The notes beneath the pieces are model-generated. The model was not told where the DNA came from and ran no database searches. It saw only the letters and a program-made list of their open reading frames with translations. Both the position numbers and the translations under genes were made by a program. Positions 1 through 15,500 of a DNA stretch of 64,000 nucleotides are shown in pieces. Source of the DNA: the human T2T-CHM13v2.0 reference genome, Homo sapiens; assembly GCF_009914755.1 (NCBI RefSeq), contig NC_060939.1; one strand, 5' to 3'. The stretch's first letter is position 1; each line of letters starts with the position of its first letter.

Positions 1-262
<262 letters not shown>

Positions 263-266
263 ATTC

Positions 267-395
267 TTTATTTTTTGTAGAGACAGGTTCTCGCTGTGTT
301 GCCAAGACTGATCTTGAACTCCTGGGCTCAAGCCATCCTCTCACCTTGGCCTCCCAAAGTGCTGGGATTACAGGCATGAGCCACTGCACCCTGCT
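267..395 (-). mobile_element. AluJ/FLAM left monomer
   Basis: ttttttgtagagac...ctcctgggctcaag...cccaaagtgctgggattacaggcatgagccac. Confidence 0.85.
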
Positions 396-463
396 AGCAA
401 ACTTTTAAAAATATCCTGTAGATAAAATAATCAACTGATCTATTTTTCTGATCAAATTGTTTA

Positions 464-985
<522 letters not shown>

Positions 986-1065
986 TCATGCCACACTCAA
1001 TGACGTTCTCCTCTACACTTTGCCACACTTAATGACGTACCCTCGACCTTCCCTCTGTAACAACA

Positions 1066-1800
1066 GTCATTTATTCATTCAACAAATACTGATTGAGGAT
1101 CAATTGGGTGCCAGACACTCTCTTAGGTGTCAGAGCTCCAGTTTACATTACACAGGTAAGGTCCCTGCCGCCCCCCACGAAGCTGGCACTAAGTCAGCAA
1201 ATAAATGGTCAGGATTTTGATAAGTGTTGTAAAGGAAAAAAGACCTGTAATGGGGTGGAATGACTGGGGAGGAGGTGAGACTCTATCTAGGCAGGGCTGG
1301 AACAGACATGAGAGTGACCAGGAGGTTCGAGCCAGTGGCAGAGAGACAAGAAAGGCCTTCTGGGCAGGGGCACCTACAGGTACAGGGCCCCTGCAGCAGA
1401 ATAAGCTTCTCCTACCAGAGAGGCAAAAGAAAGGCCTTTTGGCAAGAGCACCAGGACAAGGAAGGGAGCCGTGGGAAGTGAGGTAGGAAGGAGGCCTCGG
1501 TGGCAGTGGTGGGAGCTTGGAAGCCACTGGGCCTTTTCAGAAGGGGAGCGGCATGGTGTGATGTTTGTTTTAGAAGTGCGTCTGCTGCCGGAGACTGGCC
1601 ATGGCAGTTGTCCAGGCTGGTGACGTTAGTGGCTGAGGTGATGGGGGTGGCTGTAGAGTTGGAGAGACATGAGTGTCCCTGGGACATAGTTTGGAGGTAG
1701 AGCTGATGGGGGATTTGTGGATGATTTGTGTAAAGGAGACAGTGAACAGGGAGGTGAGGCCTCAGTTTTTGGCTTGATCAATCTCATGGGTAGTGGTTAT
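1066..1800 (-). mobile_element. L2 fragment (3' end)
   Basis: catttattcattcaacaaatactgattgag is the reverse complement of the L2 3' terminus, followed by purine-rich L2-like sequence. Confidence 0.6.
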
Positions 1801-1828
1801 TTTTCTACCTTTAATTTCCTTTTTCTCG

Positions 1829-2155
1829 TTTTTTTTTTTTTTTTTTTTTTTTTTTGAGACAGGGTCTCACTCTGTTGCTTGGCTGGAATGCAGTGGTGCA
1901 ATCATAGCTCACTAGAGCCTTGACTTCCTGGGCTGAGGCAATCCTTTTGCCTCAGCCTCCCGAGTAGCTGGAACTACAGGTGTGTACCACTATGCCTGGC
2001 TAATTTGTTTATTTACCTATTGTAAATTTTTTTTGGTAGAGATGGGTCCTTGACATATTGCCAAGGTTGGCCTCAAACTCCTGGCCTTAAGCGATCCTTC
2101 CACCTCCACCTCCCAAAGTGTTGGGATTACAGGCACTAGCCACCATGCCCGGCCT
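1829..2155 (-). mobile_element. AluJ
   Basis: Long poly-T, gagacagggtctcactctg, atcatagctcact, two monomers. Confidence 0.9.
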
Positions 2156-2877
2156 GGTTATTTTTCATAATGATGGGTAATGGGTGTGAGGGAGGTGAAG
2201 GAGAGAAATCAAGAGTCATGTTTTGAATGTTTCAGAAGCTATTAGCAGTCAGACGTAAGCATAAAGGAGGAGATTGGATGTGAAGTCTTCAGTTCGAGGA
2301 AGAAATCAGAGCTAGAAATAAATATTTGAGAATCATTGCACAGGGATGATATTTGAGGCTGTGAGACAAAATGCAGCTCCCTGCAAGGGGGCTAGGGCTG
2401 AGGTCTAAACATTTAGAGATCAGTTGGAAGAGAAGCAAGTGCAAAGAAAATGCAAGAGAGTTCAGAGATGTCGGAGGAAAGGAACTTCTCAAATTAAGAG
2501 GAGAAAGCTTTGCAGTGAGAGAGTGATGGGTTGCATTGAATGCAGTTGAGAGGTGGAGAATGAGGTTGGCTTAGCTGTGCCTATTGTATTTGGCAGCAGG
2601 ATGAAAAGACACTTTGGTGGAGAGGTGGCAACAGAAGTCAGTTGAGAGAGGGCCAGAGAGCCAATGGATTTTGAGTCCGTGGATATGAAATGCTCAGCAT
2701 AGGCAAATCCAGAGACAGAAAGTAGATGGTGCTGGGGCTGGGCAATGGGAGTGGGGAGGGACTGCTGAAGGGTCATAAGGTAGAAGGTTTCTTTTTGGGG
2801 GGATGGAAATGTTCTGAATTAGGTAGTAGTGATGGTCACCTAACTTTGTGAATATACTAAAAAATCACTGGTGTTTT

Positions 2878-3170
2878 GGCATGCTGGCTCACACCTGTAA
2901 TTCCAGCACTTTGAGAGGCTGAGGCAGTATGTTCGCTTGAGCCCAGGAGTTCGAGACCAGCCTGGGCAACATGGCGAGACCTTGTCTCTACAAAAAATAA
3001 AAAAAATTAGCGAGGCATGGTGGCACACACCTGTAGTCCCAGCTGCTTGGGAGGCTGAGGCCGGAGGATCACTTGAGCCCAGGGAGGTTGGGGCTGCAGG
3101 GAGCTATGATTGTACCACTGCACTCCAGCCTGGGTGTCAGAGCAAGACCCTGTCTCAAAAATAATAAATA
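2878..3170 (+). mobile_element. AluJ
   Basis: cttgagcccaggagttcgagaccagcc...gagctatgattgtaccactg; sits in an old L1M 3' fragment (2763-3230). Confidence 0.88.
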
Positions 3171-3235
3171 AAAGCCACAGAAGGGTATTAAAATGGTGAA
3201 TTTTATGCATGTATGTGAATTATATCTCAAAAAAA

Positions 3236-3522
3236 ATTTTTTTTTTTTGAGACGGAGTCTCACACTATCGCCCAGGCTGGAGTGCAGTGGCGTGATCTTG
3301 GCTCACTGCAACCTCTGCCTCCAGGATTCAAGTGATTCTCCTGCCTCAGTTTCCTGAGTGGCTGGGATTATAGGCGGGCACCGCTCTGCCTGGCTAATTT
3401 TTGTTTTAGTGGAGACAGGGTTTCACTACGTTGCTCAGGCTGGTCTCGAACTCCTGACCTCATGATCCATCCACCTCGGCCTCCCGAAGTACTGGGATTA
3501 CAGGCGTGAGCCACCGCACCTG
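3236..3522 (-). mobile_element. AluS
   Basis: Poly-T followed by gagacggagtctcac...caacctctgcctcc, full dimer. Confidence 0.9.
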
Positions 3523-4106
3523 ATATACTTCAAATTTTAAAAGAAGATAAAGTCAAGGGACTCAGAGCATCTTGGGAGAAGGGATCATAAGAAATTATAT
3601 TTTTAGGGACAAAATGCATGGAGTTTATGGACAAGTGATTAAGGTCCCCAGCAGAAACAGAAAAGAAGTTTGTCCAAAAGGAGGTTAGAGAAAAGAGCCG
3701 AACCATACACTGAAGGTTGGAGTAGGGACCCCATCAGCAGAGGCCTGAGTTTATGGGGCATGCCCTGCCCCCTGTGAGAGGTGCAAAGGCTTGACTTTCA
3801 AGCCTGTGACATCTTTACACCAGGCCAAGGAAGGGGCTGCTGTAATAGCTGAAAGCAAGGGTTCTGCACTCAGACAGTCTAGATGTGTATCCTGGCTTTC
3901 CACCACCATTGTGTGGCCTTCAGCAAGTCAGGGAATAGCTGTGAGCCTCAGGATAAACTGAGTTTACATAAAGCCCTTCCAAGAGGGCCAAACATGAGCT
4001 ACATTTCAATTCACAATAGACATTATAATGATGATAACCATGATCATGATGTTTATTCTTTTCACCCAGCAGGATGTCTTTAATTTTTTTAAAAATAATG
4101 TTTTTA

Positions 4107-4405
<299 letters not shown>

Positions 4406-4407
4406 TT

Positions 4408-4700
<293 letters not shown>

Positions 4701-4702
4701 AG

Positions 4703-4986
4703 TTTGTTTTTTGTTTTGAGACACAGTCTCGCTCTCATTGCCCTGGCGCGATCTTGGCTCACTGTGGCCTTTACTCTTGGGCTTAAGTGATCCCCCCACC
4801 TCCGCTTCCTGAGTAGCTAGGACTACAGGCATGCAACACCATACTCAGCTAATTTTTCATATTTTTTGTAGAGATGGGGCTTCACCGTGTTGCCCTAGCT
4901 GTTCTCTAACTTCTAAGCTCAAGCAATCCGCCTACCTTGCCTCCCAAAGTGCTGGGATTACAGGCATGAGCCAGCATGCCCGGCCA
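4703..4986 (-). mobile_element. AluJ
   Basis: Antisense dimer, tail-to-tail with the preceding Alu. Confidence 0.85.
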
Positions 4987-4995
4987 AATAATTTC

Positions 4996-5526
<531 letters not shown>

Positions 5527-5632
5527 AAAAGTAATTTCCTTTCATCTTTTATTTAACTAATTTTGTAGTGACGGGGTCTAACTAAGTTATCCAAGCTGAT
5601 CTTGAATTCCTAGCCTCAAGAGACCCTCTTGA

Positions 5633-6013
<381 letters not shown>

Positions 6014-6435
6014 TAATTTATTTTTGTCTATTAATTTTTATGATAAGGATTTTAGATAATGACAGCCAAGCACTGTTTTTAGCGACTGAACCTTTCAAAC
6101 AAAATCAAATAAAGAGAGCATTTAGCCTAGCACTCTGGCTGAACCGATGACCTGCTGCCCTTGGCTACCCTCTTGACTACAGTGGGGATCTCTAACTGAA
6201 CAAATCTAAGCTTGGAATCAAGCTCTGGAATTACGCCCTGACTGCCGTTCACAAGCTGTGTAACCTTCAGCACGTTCATACCCTCCCTGGGCCTCAGTTT
6301 TCTCATCCAGAGGATGGAAGAGTTAGGCCTACACAGTGGTTTTAAACTGTGCTCTGTAAAGTCCTAAGAGTTCTACAGGGGTACCCTGGTGGATTTGAGC
6401 GAGGAGTGGGTGGCAGGGAAAGAAATAGTAAATGG

Positions 6436-6728
6436 AGCTGGGCACAGTGGCTCAAGCCTGTAATCCCAGCACTTTGGGAAGCTGAGGCAGGTGGATCACT
6501 TGAGGCCAGAAGTTCAAGACCAACCTGGCCAACATGGTGAAACCCTGACTCTACTAAAAATACAAAAATTATCTGGGCATGGTGGCATGTGCCTGTAATC
6601 CCAGCTACTTGGGAGGCTGAGGCAGGAGAATCACTTGAACCTGGAAGTGGAGGTTGCAGTGAGCCAAGATTGGGCCACTGCACTCCAGCCTGGTGACAGC
6701 AAGACTCTGTCTCAAAAGAAAAAAAAAA
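6436..6728 (+). mobile_element. AluS
   Basis: Full sense dimer with A tail. Confidence 0.9.
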
Positions 6729-6835
6729 GGCTTTTCAAAGAAAGTAGTGGTACACATTGCAGGAGTGAGAGAGAGTGTATGTGGGTATGATACTGGGGTG
6801 GACCTGGAGGGGAATAGGGTCAAGAAAGGCTTTAC

Positions 6836-7431
<596 letters not shown>

Positions 7432-7944
7432 TCAGGAGGGTGTGTGAGTGGCTTCAGGAGGAGAGCGAAGATAAGAAACAAGTATACAGGAGAAAAGGAA
7501 ACGAAATTACTAGGGACACACAAGAGTGCCAGGAAATGGGTGCCTATTAGAGGTTTGGGGTCAGGTTAGAATTCCAAGGGAAGCCTTGGTGAGTGTCCTC
7601 CAGCAATGCACAACCTTTCAGATACAGGCCCTAGGGGAGGCAGAGGGCGGAGATGAGCAAGTTAGCATTGCTGGGGGCAGATGGAAGAGAACTGAGGGTA
7701 TTTATAAGGCAGTGGTTTTGATACACAATGGACTTTGAGCAGCTGAGGGTTGGGAAATGCTTTCAGGCCTCACATCTGTCTCCAGGATTATTCATTTTAT
7801 TATTGTTTTAAATGACATTGTATGTGCTCCGTAAAACATGGTGGAGTTAGTGGTCAGTTTTCCAGAAAAGGAAGAGGCATCTCCATCCTTAGGGGCTCAA
7901 AGTACCCCCTACTTTATTGCTGCATAACTCAGATTCCTGAGGGT

Positions 7945-8262
7945 TTATTTTATTTATTTATTTATTATTTATTTATTTTTTGCGATAGAGTCTTACTCCA
8001 TCACCCAGGCTGGAGTGCAGTGACGTGATCTTGGCTCACTGCAACCTCCACCTCCTGGGTTCAAGTGATTCTTCTGCCTCAGCTCCTGAGTAGCTGGGAT
8101 TGCAGGTGTGTGCCACCACACCTGGCTAATTTTTGTATTTTTAGTAGAGATGGAGTTTCACCATGTTGGCCACCATGGTCTTGAACCCCTGGCCTCAAGT
8201 GATCTGCCCACCTCAGCCTCCCAAAGTGTTGGGATTACAGGTGTAAGACACTGTGCCCGGCC
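7945..8262 (-). mobile_element. AluS with (TTTA)n tail
   Basis: Antisense dimer. Confidence 0.9.
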
Positions 8263-8865
8263 CCTCTTAGGGTTTATATTAGGAACAATGTCCTCAACTA
8301 TTGCAGCGATATATTGTATGCCTAATGTTAGTGCCAGAACATAGTAGACCATCAATAAACATGTGGCGAACTAAACAATCTCAATGTTAGGCAAACCTTA
8401 GAAGCTGGTGATAGCCCATGTGGAAGTCTTCAGAAAGCAAGCTTCCTTAGATTTCCAGTTTGAATCCTACATGATTCTTGGAAAGTTAACAGTAGAGAGT
8501 GTTTAATGGTACAAAGTTTCAGCTGAGGAAGATGAAAAAGTTTTAGAGATGGATGGTGGCAGTGGAGCATAATGATGTGAATGTAGTTAATGCCACTGAA
8601 CTCTACACTTGAAAATGATGAAAATGGCACTCCAGCCTGGGCGACAGAGTGAGACTCCATCTTAAAAAAAAAAAAAAAGAAAAAGAAAAAAAAGAAAAAA
8701 GAAAATCAGGTGTAGAATAGTGCAGTATATTCCTTTTAAGAAAATGAATGGTAATATACTTATGTACATACAGAAATACCTGTACATGCACATCATCTCT
8801 AGAAGTATAACATGGAGGGCCTAGAAGCCCAGGTGACAGGGAGACCTATTGCTCACTGCATATTC

Positions 8866-9100
8866 TTTTTTTTTTCCTTCCCTTTCCCTCTTCCCTTCTC
8901 TTCTCCTCTTCCCTTTCCTTTCCCCTCTTCCCTTCCCCCCCGCCCTTTTTTTTGAGACAGAGGTGTCACTCTGTTGCCCAGGCTGGAGTGCAGTGGCACA
9001 ATCACAGCTCACTATATAGCCTCAACCTCCTGGGCTCAAGCATTCCTCCCCTCTAAGCCTCTCAGGTAGCTGGGACTGTAGTCGTGAGCCACCACGCCCC
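8866..9100 (-). mobile_element. Alu monomer (FRAM/FLAM-like) with a pyrimidine-rich (CTTCC) expanded tail
   Basis: gagacagaggtgtcactctgttgcccaggctgg...gagccaccacgccc. Confidence 0.75.
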
Positions 9101-9235
9101 ATCCTATACTTTCATATTCGTGACCATTAGTATTATTACTTTCTCAAATAGAAGAAGAACCTTAAAATGTGAGTTGTGGCTCCTAAGCTTAAATTGTTAC
9201 TATTGAGTACATTCCTTAAAAATTATCCTTGTTGG

Positions 9236-9542
9236 GCTGGGCGCGGTGGCTCATGCTTGTAATTCTAGCACTTTGGGAGGCTGAGGCAGGTGGATCACGA
9301 GGTCAGGAGATCGAGACCCTGGTGAAACCCCGTCTCTACTAAAAATACAAAAAATTAGCCAGGTGTGGTGGTGGGCATCTGTAGTCCCAGCTACTCAGAG
9401 AGGCTGAGGCAGGAGAATGGCATTAACCCGGGAGGTGGAGCTTGCAGTGACCGAGATCGTGCCACTGCACTCCAGCCTGGGCAACAGAGTGAGACTCCGT
9501 CTTAAAAAAAAAAAACAAAAACAAAAAACAAACAAACAAAAA
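9236..9542 (+). mobile_element. AluY/Sc with 17 bp TSD
   Basis: aaaaattatccttgttg on both sides; an Alu monomer follows at 9556-9675. Confidence 0.92.
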
Positions 9543-9751
9543 TTATCCTTGTTGCACCTGGTGGCACACACCTAGAGCCCCAGCTACTCAGGAGGCCAAG
9601 GCAGGAAGATCACTTGATCCCAGGAGTTCAAGACCAGCCTGGGCAACATAGCAAGACCCTGTCTCAAAAAAGAAAAACAGTTTGTCCTTGTTTTAAGAAC
9701 CTAATTCTATATAAGCATTGGTCACCTGAGTTTCCGAATTATGTCTGTTTA

Positions 9752-10044
<293 letters not shown>

Positions 10045-10108
10045 AACTTCGTAGTTTTTATCATCTATCTTGATGATGTCTGACGCCCTTTTTCTTTTCT
10101 ATGTGCAG

Positions 10109-10369
10109 CATAATAAGAGTGCCACATACTCCGTGGGAATGCAGAAAACGTACTCCATGATCTGCTTAGCCATTGATGATGACAACAAAACTGATAAAAC
10201 CCAGAAAATCTCCAAGAAGCTTTCCTTCCTGAGTTGGGGCACCAACAAGAACAGACAGAAGTCAGCCAGCACCTTGTGCCTCCCATCGGTCGGGGCTGCA
10301 CGGCCTCAGGTCAAGAAGAAGCTGCCCTCCCCTTTCAGCCTTCTCAACTCAGACAGTTCTTCATACTAA
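10109..10369 (+). pseudogene. RHPN2P1: Terminal coding exon of a rhophilin-2 (RHPN2) duplicate, probably the unprocessed pseudogene RHPN2P1 or a sister copy
   Basis: Peptide [25 protein letters not shown]...[48 protein letters not shown] matches the RHPN2 C-terminus as I recall it. Branch-point-like ctgac, a polypyrimidine tract and AG at 10107-10108 precede it; TAA is at 10367-10369. Paralog rather than parent because the downstream chr19 neighbours (FAAP24/CEP89) are not recognisable and the sequence breaks at ~11235. Confidence 0.8.
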
Positions 10370-11232
10370 TGTGAGGAAACAAACACGTTCAGGCCCCGAA
10401 CATTTCTGGTGCTGACTCGGCCTTAAACATTTGTGCCATAATGGAAAATATCTATCTATTTTCAAATCCTGTTTTTCTCATAGTGTAAACTCACATTTGA
10501 TGTGTGTTTATGAAGGAAAGTAACCAAGAAACCTCTAGGAATTAGTGAAAAAAGAACTTTTTTGAGGCGTGTTACTATACTGCTGTAAGTTATTTATTAT
10601 ATAAAGTATTGTAAATAGAATAGTTTTGAAGATATGAAATATGGCTATTTTTAATGGTGACAGTTATGACTTTTAGTCACTATTAAATTGGGGTTACCTA
10701 TAATAATACAATTTGTAGTTGTTTCCAGGTTTGGCTAATAATCATTCCTTAACCTAGAATTCAGATGATCCTGGAATTAAGGCAGGTCAGAGGACTATAA
10801 TGATAGAATTAAATTAGTGTCACTAAAAACTGTCCCAAAGTGCTGCTTCCTAATAGGAATTCATTAACCTAAAACAAGATGTTACTATTATATCGATATA
10901 CTATGAATGCTATTTCTAGAAAAAGTCTAGTGCCAAATTTGTCTTATTAAATAAAAACAACGTAGGAGCAGCTTTTCTTCTAGTTTGATGTCATTTAAGA
11001 ATTGCTAACACAGTGGCAGTGTTAGATGAAGATGCTGTCTACAAGGTAGATAATATACTGTTTGATACTCAAAACATTTTTCATTTTGTTTAAAGTAGAA
11101 GTTACATAATTCTATATTTTAAGTCTTGGGTAAAAAAGTAGTTTTACATTTTATGAAGTAAAGATGTAAATGATTCAGGTTTAAAGCTCTATTTGACTTT
11201 GTTGTTGTTGTTGTTTGAGATAGAGTCTTGCT
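10370..11232 (+). other. RHPN2-like 3' UTR, apparently truncated
   Basis: AT-rich, repeat-free sequence after the stop; overlapping ATTAAA/AATAAA at 10946-10955; ends in a ~35 bp Alu stub. Confidence 0.65.
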
Positions 11233-12478
11233 AGTGTCAATAGCAAAAGCCTTCTAGCTATCTGCCTTTCAGCTACATGGTGGGGCATACTTAACTGTTT
11301 TCTTTGATGTTGGGCATAGCATGGACCTACTTGGTTCACTATCTGACACTATCTGCATTTATTAACACTATCTGTGTTGATTTGTGCTATTTCCTGTGTG
11401 TGATTTGTACATCTGCCATTGCTTTTTGTCTCTAGTTACTGCTTTCTTTTCCTGTTTGCCTTGTTCTTGTAGAACCCTTTCTGACTCTCTCAAGAGGGAC
11501 CTTTTCAACCCCAACTCCCACTGGTCTAATCCTAACCAGCACCAGCTGGTTGGGAAGTAGAGCAGGAACTCTGGCTGCCCTAATCTACATGGTGCTCTCT
11601 GCTCCTGGGCAGGGATGTGGGTGTTTTTATATACTATTCTCTTGAGTATGAAATGCCTGAACAAAGCAGTGATTTGGCAAGCCTGAAGTCACACACTGGG
11701 GCTCATAGTAACTTGCTTCTGCTAGCAACGTGAGCATTAGAAACATTTCCTGGCCAAGTAGCCTTGAATCAGCTAGGAGTGGGGGTGCAATGAGTCTGGG
11801 TTCACTTTGCTCAGGGTGACAAGGCTTTAGAGTATTGGTTAATTGTCAAACTCTTTTGTTTAAGAGACAAGGTAAACATACATACATGCATACATAGAGA
11901 AGCTTTCTAGGGTTACTTAGGCTTTATGTGATTACTAGCAGAAATGTTTGTATTTGCAAGCAAAGCTTATAAATCACCTCTTAGATATCTTTGCAAAATG
12001 AAGCTAAAACGTGGTTTAAAGAATCAAAAATATAAGATATTTACAATGATTTATAATTGAATCAGGAATGCATTTGGTATTTTTTAAAAGGAATAATTGG
12101 CTAAGATTTAAATTAATTTGCTTTCCTTAAAAACTCAGAGCCTAAACAATAGAAAGAAATAGGAACAGTTACACTGGGTGTGTGAGGGGTGGAGGGGGGG
12201 ACCCAACTGGGACTGAAATTTCTTGGAGAAAATCTACAAAATCGGCCAAGCACACATGGATTGTGTGACTTCATTTAGTTGGAGGAGAACTGAGCAACCC
12301 GCTGATCTCAAATGCCTTTCCCCAGGAGAAATAATCTCTCTTGTCTTGGAATGGCTGTAGCACTGCAAGTCTATTCCACCCTTGGCACTTACCTTAATCT
12401 ATGCTGTAATATTATCTCTTTTAGAAATGTTTTTATCTCTTCATTATAACAATTATCTTTTTATGTGACTGACTTACC

Positions 12479-12610
12479 TAGGATGCTCATTCATTCCAGG
12501 TAGCCTGGAACAGTTCTGATTTGCGCCCGTTGCCATGGTTTAATTAATAGTGCCCCCTTTCACTCTCAGAAGTGTCCTGGTTTGGATGATAAATTATAAG
12601 GTTCCCATAG
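12479..12610 (-). mobile_element. hAT-Blackjack MITE (MER94/MER81-like)
   Basis: gccccctttcactctcagaagtgtcctggtttggatgataaattata. Confidence 0.6.
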
Positions 12611-12637
12611 TCTTATCCCAACTAAATGGAAAGTTCC

Positions 12638-13115
12638 TGTGTTAGTCAAGATCCCAGCAAGAAACAGAATATTCTGTGGGGATTTTTGAAGAGATAAAAG
12701 TCCCTTTAATAAAGGGACTATTTACAGAAGTGTGGGCAGAGTTAAGAGCATCAAAAAAGGATGTTGAGGCACCAGGCCTGAAAAGGTAAAGGGAAGAAAT
12801 GATGCCATTGGAGCTTATCTGGGGGGCACAGCTTTTGAAGAGGGGCTGCCCTAGAGAAGCCATAGTCCTGGAAGGGCTCAAACACTACAGAATGGGCCAA
12901 GCAAGGGAAGACATTCCCTACCACTGTCCTCCCACCCATCTATTACCTATCTGTGCCTTCTATTGGTTGAACCCAAATGCAAGCCAGAAGGCAAAGGAGC
13001 CCTGGTGATAAAGTTGGAAGGTGTTCATTTCCTTGGGAAGAAGAGCAGGGAAAGGCAGAGAATGAATTGAGGGGGATCAGGGTATCTTGGGTCCTAGGGA
13101 AGTGGCAAACAGAAA
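12638..13115. mobile_element. Old MaLR LTR (MLT1K/L-like)
   Basis: taataaagggactatttacagaagtgtgggcag...tattggttgaacccaaatgcaagccagaaggcaaaggagcc. Confidence 0.6.
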
Positions 13116-14578
13116 ATAAAGCTTCCTAAGGGGAGTCTCTTTGTCTTCAAGTGAATTAAAAACACATGTGTGCACACACATGCAAAACACTACAGGAAAG
13201 GCCATGATTGGCAAGACTTGGCAGCTATTTAAGGGAGATATTCTCTACAATGGGGAACAAGAAATAAACTTAAGGAAGTTAAATTGCAGACTGAAGGTAA
13301 ATAGCAGACTACAACAATATTAAGCAGTATATGGTGATTGTCAGATTAATGGTGTAGGCCCTAGATGTTAAAGGAGTTTGAAGGATGAAAGATCACAATG
13401 GGCTGGAGCAATCTGAAAAAATAATTTATGGAAGAGGAGAGGTTTTCAGCAGCATTGAAATTAGAGCCAACTTATATGGGCAAGAAGGAGAGGTTGGTCT
13501 TCTTTGGGGCAATGGCATCAACAATAGCACAGGTGTTAGCCTGAAACACATCTTCCCATGGGTGGAGGGCTGGTGTTGTTTCTGAGATTTTCAAAAATCT
13601 TACAAACATTCCAGGCAAATACCTATGGAAGGGGCTAAAGGGCATTAAATGGGCTGTAAGAGGTATAGGTTGTGGGTGGCCATTGATTCATTCCTTCAAT
13701 AAACATTTATTGAATGCTTGGTATTGGTCAAGCCACTGTTCTGAGAGCTGCTGATGCCAAGTAAAATAAGACATGGTTCTTTCCCTTGAAGAAAGGGAAT
13801 GGGAAAGGTAACCAAGGGAGAAAATAGTTATTTTGCCTTGTGTCCAGATGAGGTTTTTCACATTCTCGGCTGGTCTTTTCACTCACTGCTGAAAGTCTTT
13901 GGAGAGCCTTTACTCCCTTCAGGGGAAAGGATCGAGGCCCTTCCGATGTGGCCTTTTCTTGAGTCTCCAGCCCCATCTCTTACCACTCCTCTCAACACAG
14001 AGGTATGCACAGACGATATGCAAGCACACAGGAGATCATCTAAATGAGACTCGAGCAGAGAGTGATTAAGGAAGACTTCCTGGAGGAGGTAATGCAATCT
14101 GAATTCTGAAGTGTGAGCAGGGGCTTTGTAATGGTGTTTCCATTTATTTGTGTCTATCCTGATGCATTCTAAAAAGGAAGTAAGATGGTTGGCTTAAGAA
14201 ATACACAGACAGGATAAAAAGAAAATTAGGTAAAACATAGAGTGAGCTTATTTGCCTTTTATGTACATTGCTGCATTTGATTTCAGAAAAGCTTTATAAA
14301 GTTGCAGTTTTATTTTCATTTTCCAGATGAGGAAGCCAAGACCCAGTGGTTGAAGTACCTTGCCCAGAGCACACAGTCTTGACAGGCAGTGGAAGCAGAA
14401 CAGAACCAAGCTGGTTTGGTACCAGTCTGTGAGTTTTCAGCTGTGTGCACTAGTATAAAAGATGTGCTTGTGACTTCTGTGGCTTACCTCCCTGCATAGA
14501 GCTCAAGGCCTGAAGGTGCTGCACGGGGCAGTAAAGGATGGCTGTGCACTTTGAAGACTGAAAAGTGAGTGAAGGGGG

Positions 14579-14955
14579 TGTTTTAGTCCATTCTCACACT
14601 GCTAATAAAGACATACCCGAGACTGGGTAATTTATAAAGGAAAGAAGTTAATTGACTCACAGTTCAGCATGGCTGAGGAGGCTTCAGGAAACTTACAATC
14701 ATGGTGGAAGGGGAAGAAAACCTGTCCTTCACATGGCAGCAGCAAGGAGAAGTGCTGAGCAAAAGGGAGAGAAGCCCCTTATAAAACCATAAGATCTTGT
14801 GAGAACTCACATTCACTACCATGAGAATGGCAGCATGAGGGTAATCACCCCCATGACTCAATTACCTCCTACCAGGTCCCTCCCACAACATGTGGGGATT
14901 ATGGGAACTACAATTCAAGATGAGATTTGGCTGGGGACACAGCCAAACCATATCA
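14579..14955 (-). mobile_element. THE1C/D solo LTR (ERVL-MaLR)
   Basis: TG...CA ends; aataaagacatacccgagactgggtaatt; gagatttggctggggacacagccaaaccatatca. Confidence 0.9.
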
Positions 14956-14959
14956 GAAG

Positions 14960-15500
14960 GGAACTGGGAAAGGTATTTCAGGCAGAAGAGTCAGTGTGTT
15001 CAAAGCAAGAGGGGTGTGAAAGAGCATGGCGTGTTGGAAGGATAGTAATTAGCTCATGATGGTTGGGAGTGTTAAGAGCACTGCTGAGAGATGGGGCTGG
15101 AGATGCAAGCAATGGCCATATCTGAAGGGCTTCATATAGCCCTTGGCCTGAAGGGAGTAAAAACTCTTGAGGAGTTTAAGCAGTGAGTGACAAGACTGAG
15201 AATGTCAAAAACCTCACTTGTACAGCAATGTAAGCAAGTCTAGGTCGGGAGAAGCCTGGAGGCAGAGAGGCCAGTTACAGGGCTTGCTGCAGTCATAGAG
15301 CAACAAGATGGTAGAAATGATAAGGAGGGTGTTAGAGTTTGGGAGCTATTATGGAGAAACATTAGACAGAGGTGGGCCCCTGGATTGGGGATGAGTAAAG
15401 GTAACAGATTCTCACTTGGGCAGCCAGTGAGGTGATGCCATTCATGAGGCAGGGATGGTGGGGAAGAACCAGCTTGGTGCTTGAAGGTGATGAGTAGAGA
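14960..15500 (-). mobile_element. L2 fragment
   Basis: Purine-rich L2-type sequence; a related L2 3' end lies at 13686-13800. Confidence 0.5.

Noticed and set aside
10070-10108. Standalone 99 aa ORF start (MMMSDALF...) or a processed RHPN2 retrocopy
   Set aside because: These 13 codons are the branch point and polypyrimidine tract. Homology starts exactly at an AG, and there is no upstream exon sequence, poly(A) tail or TSD, so this is a genomic duplicate.
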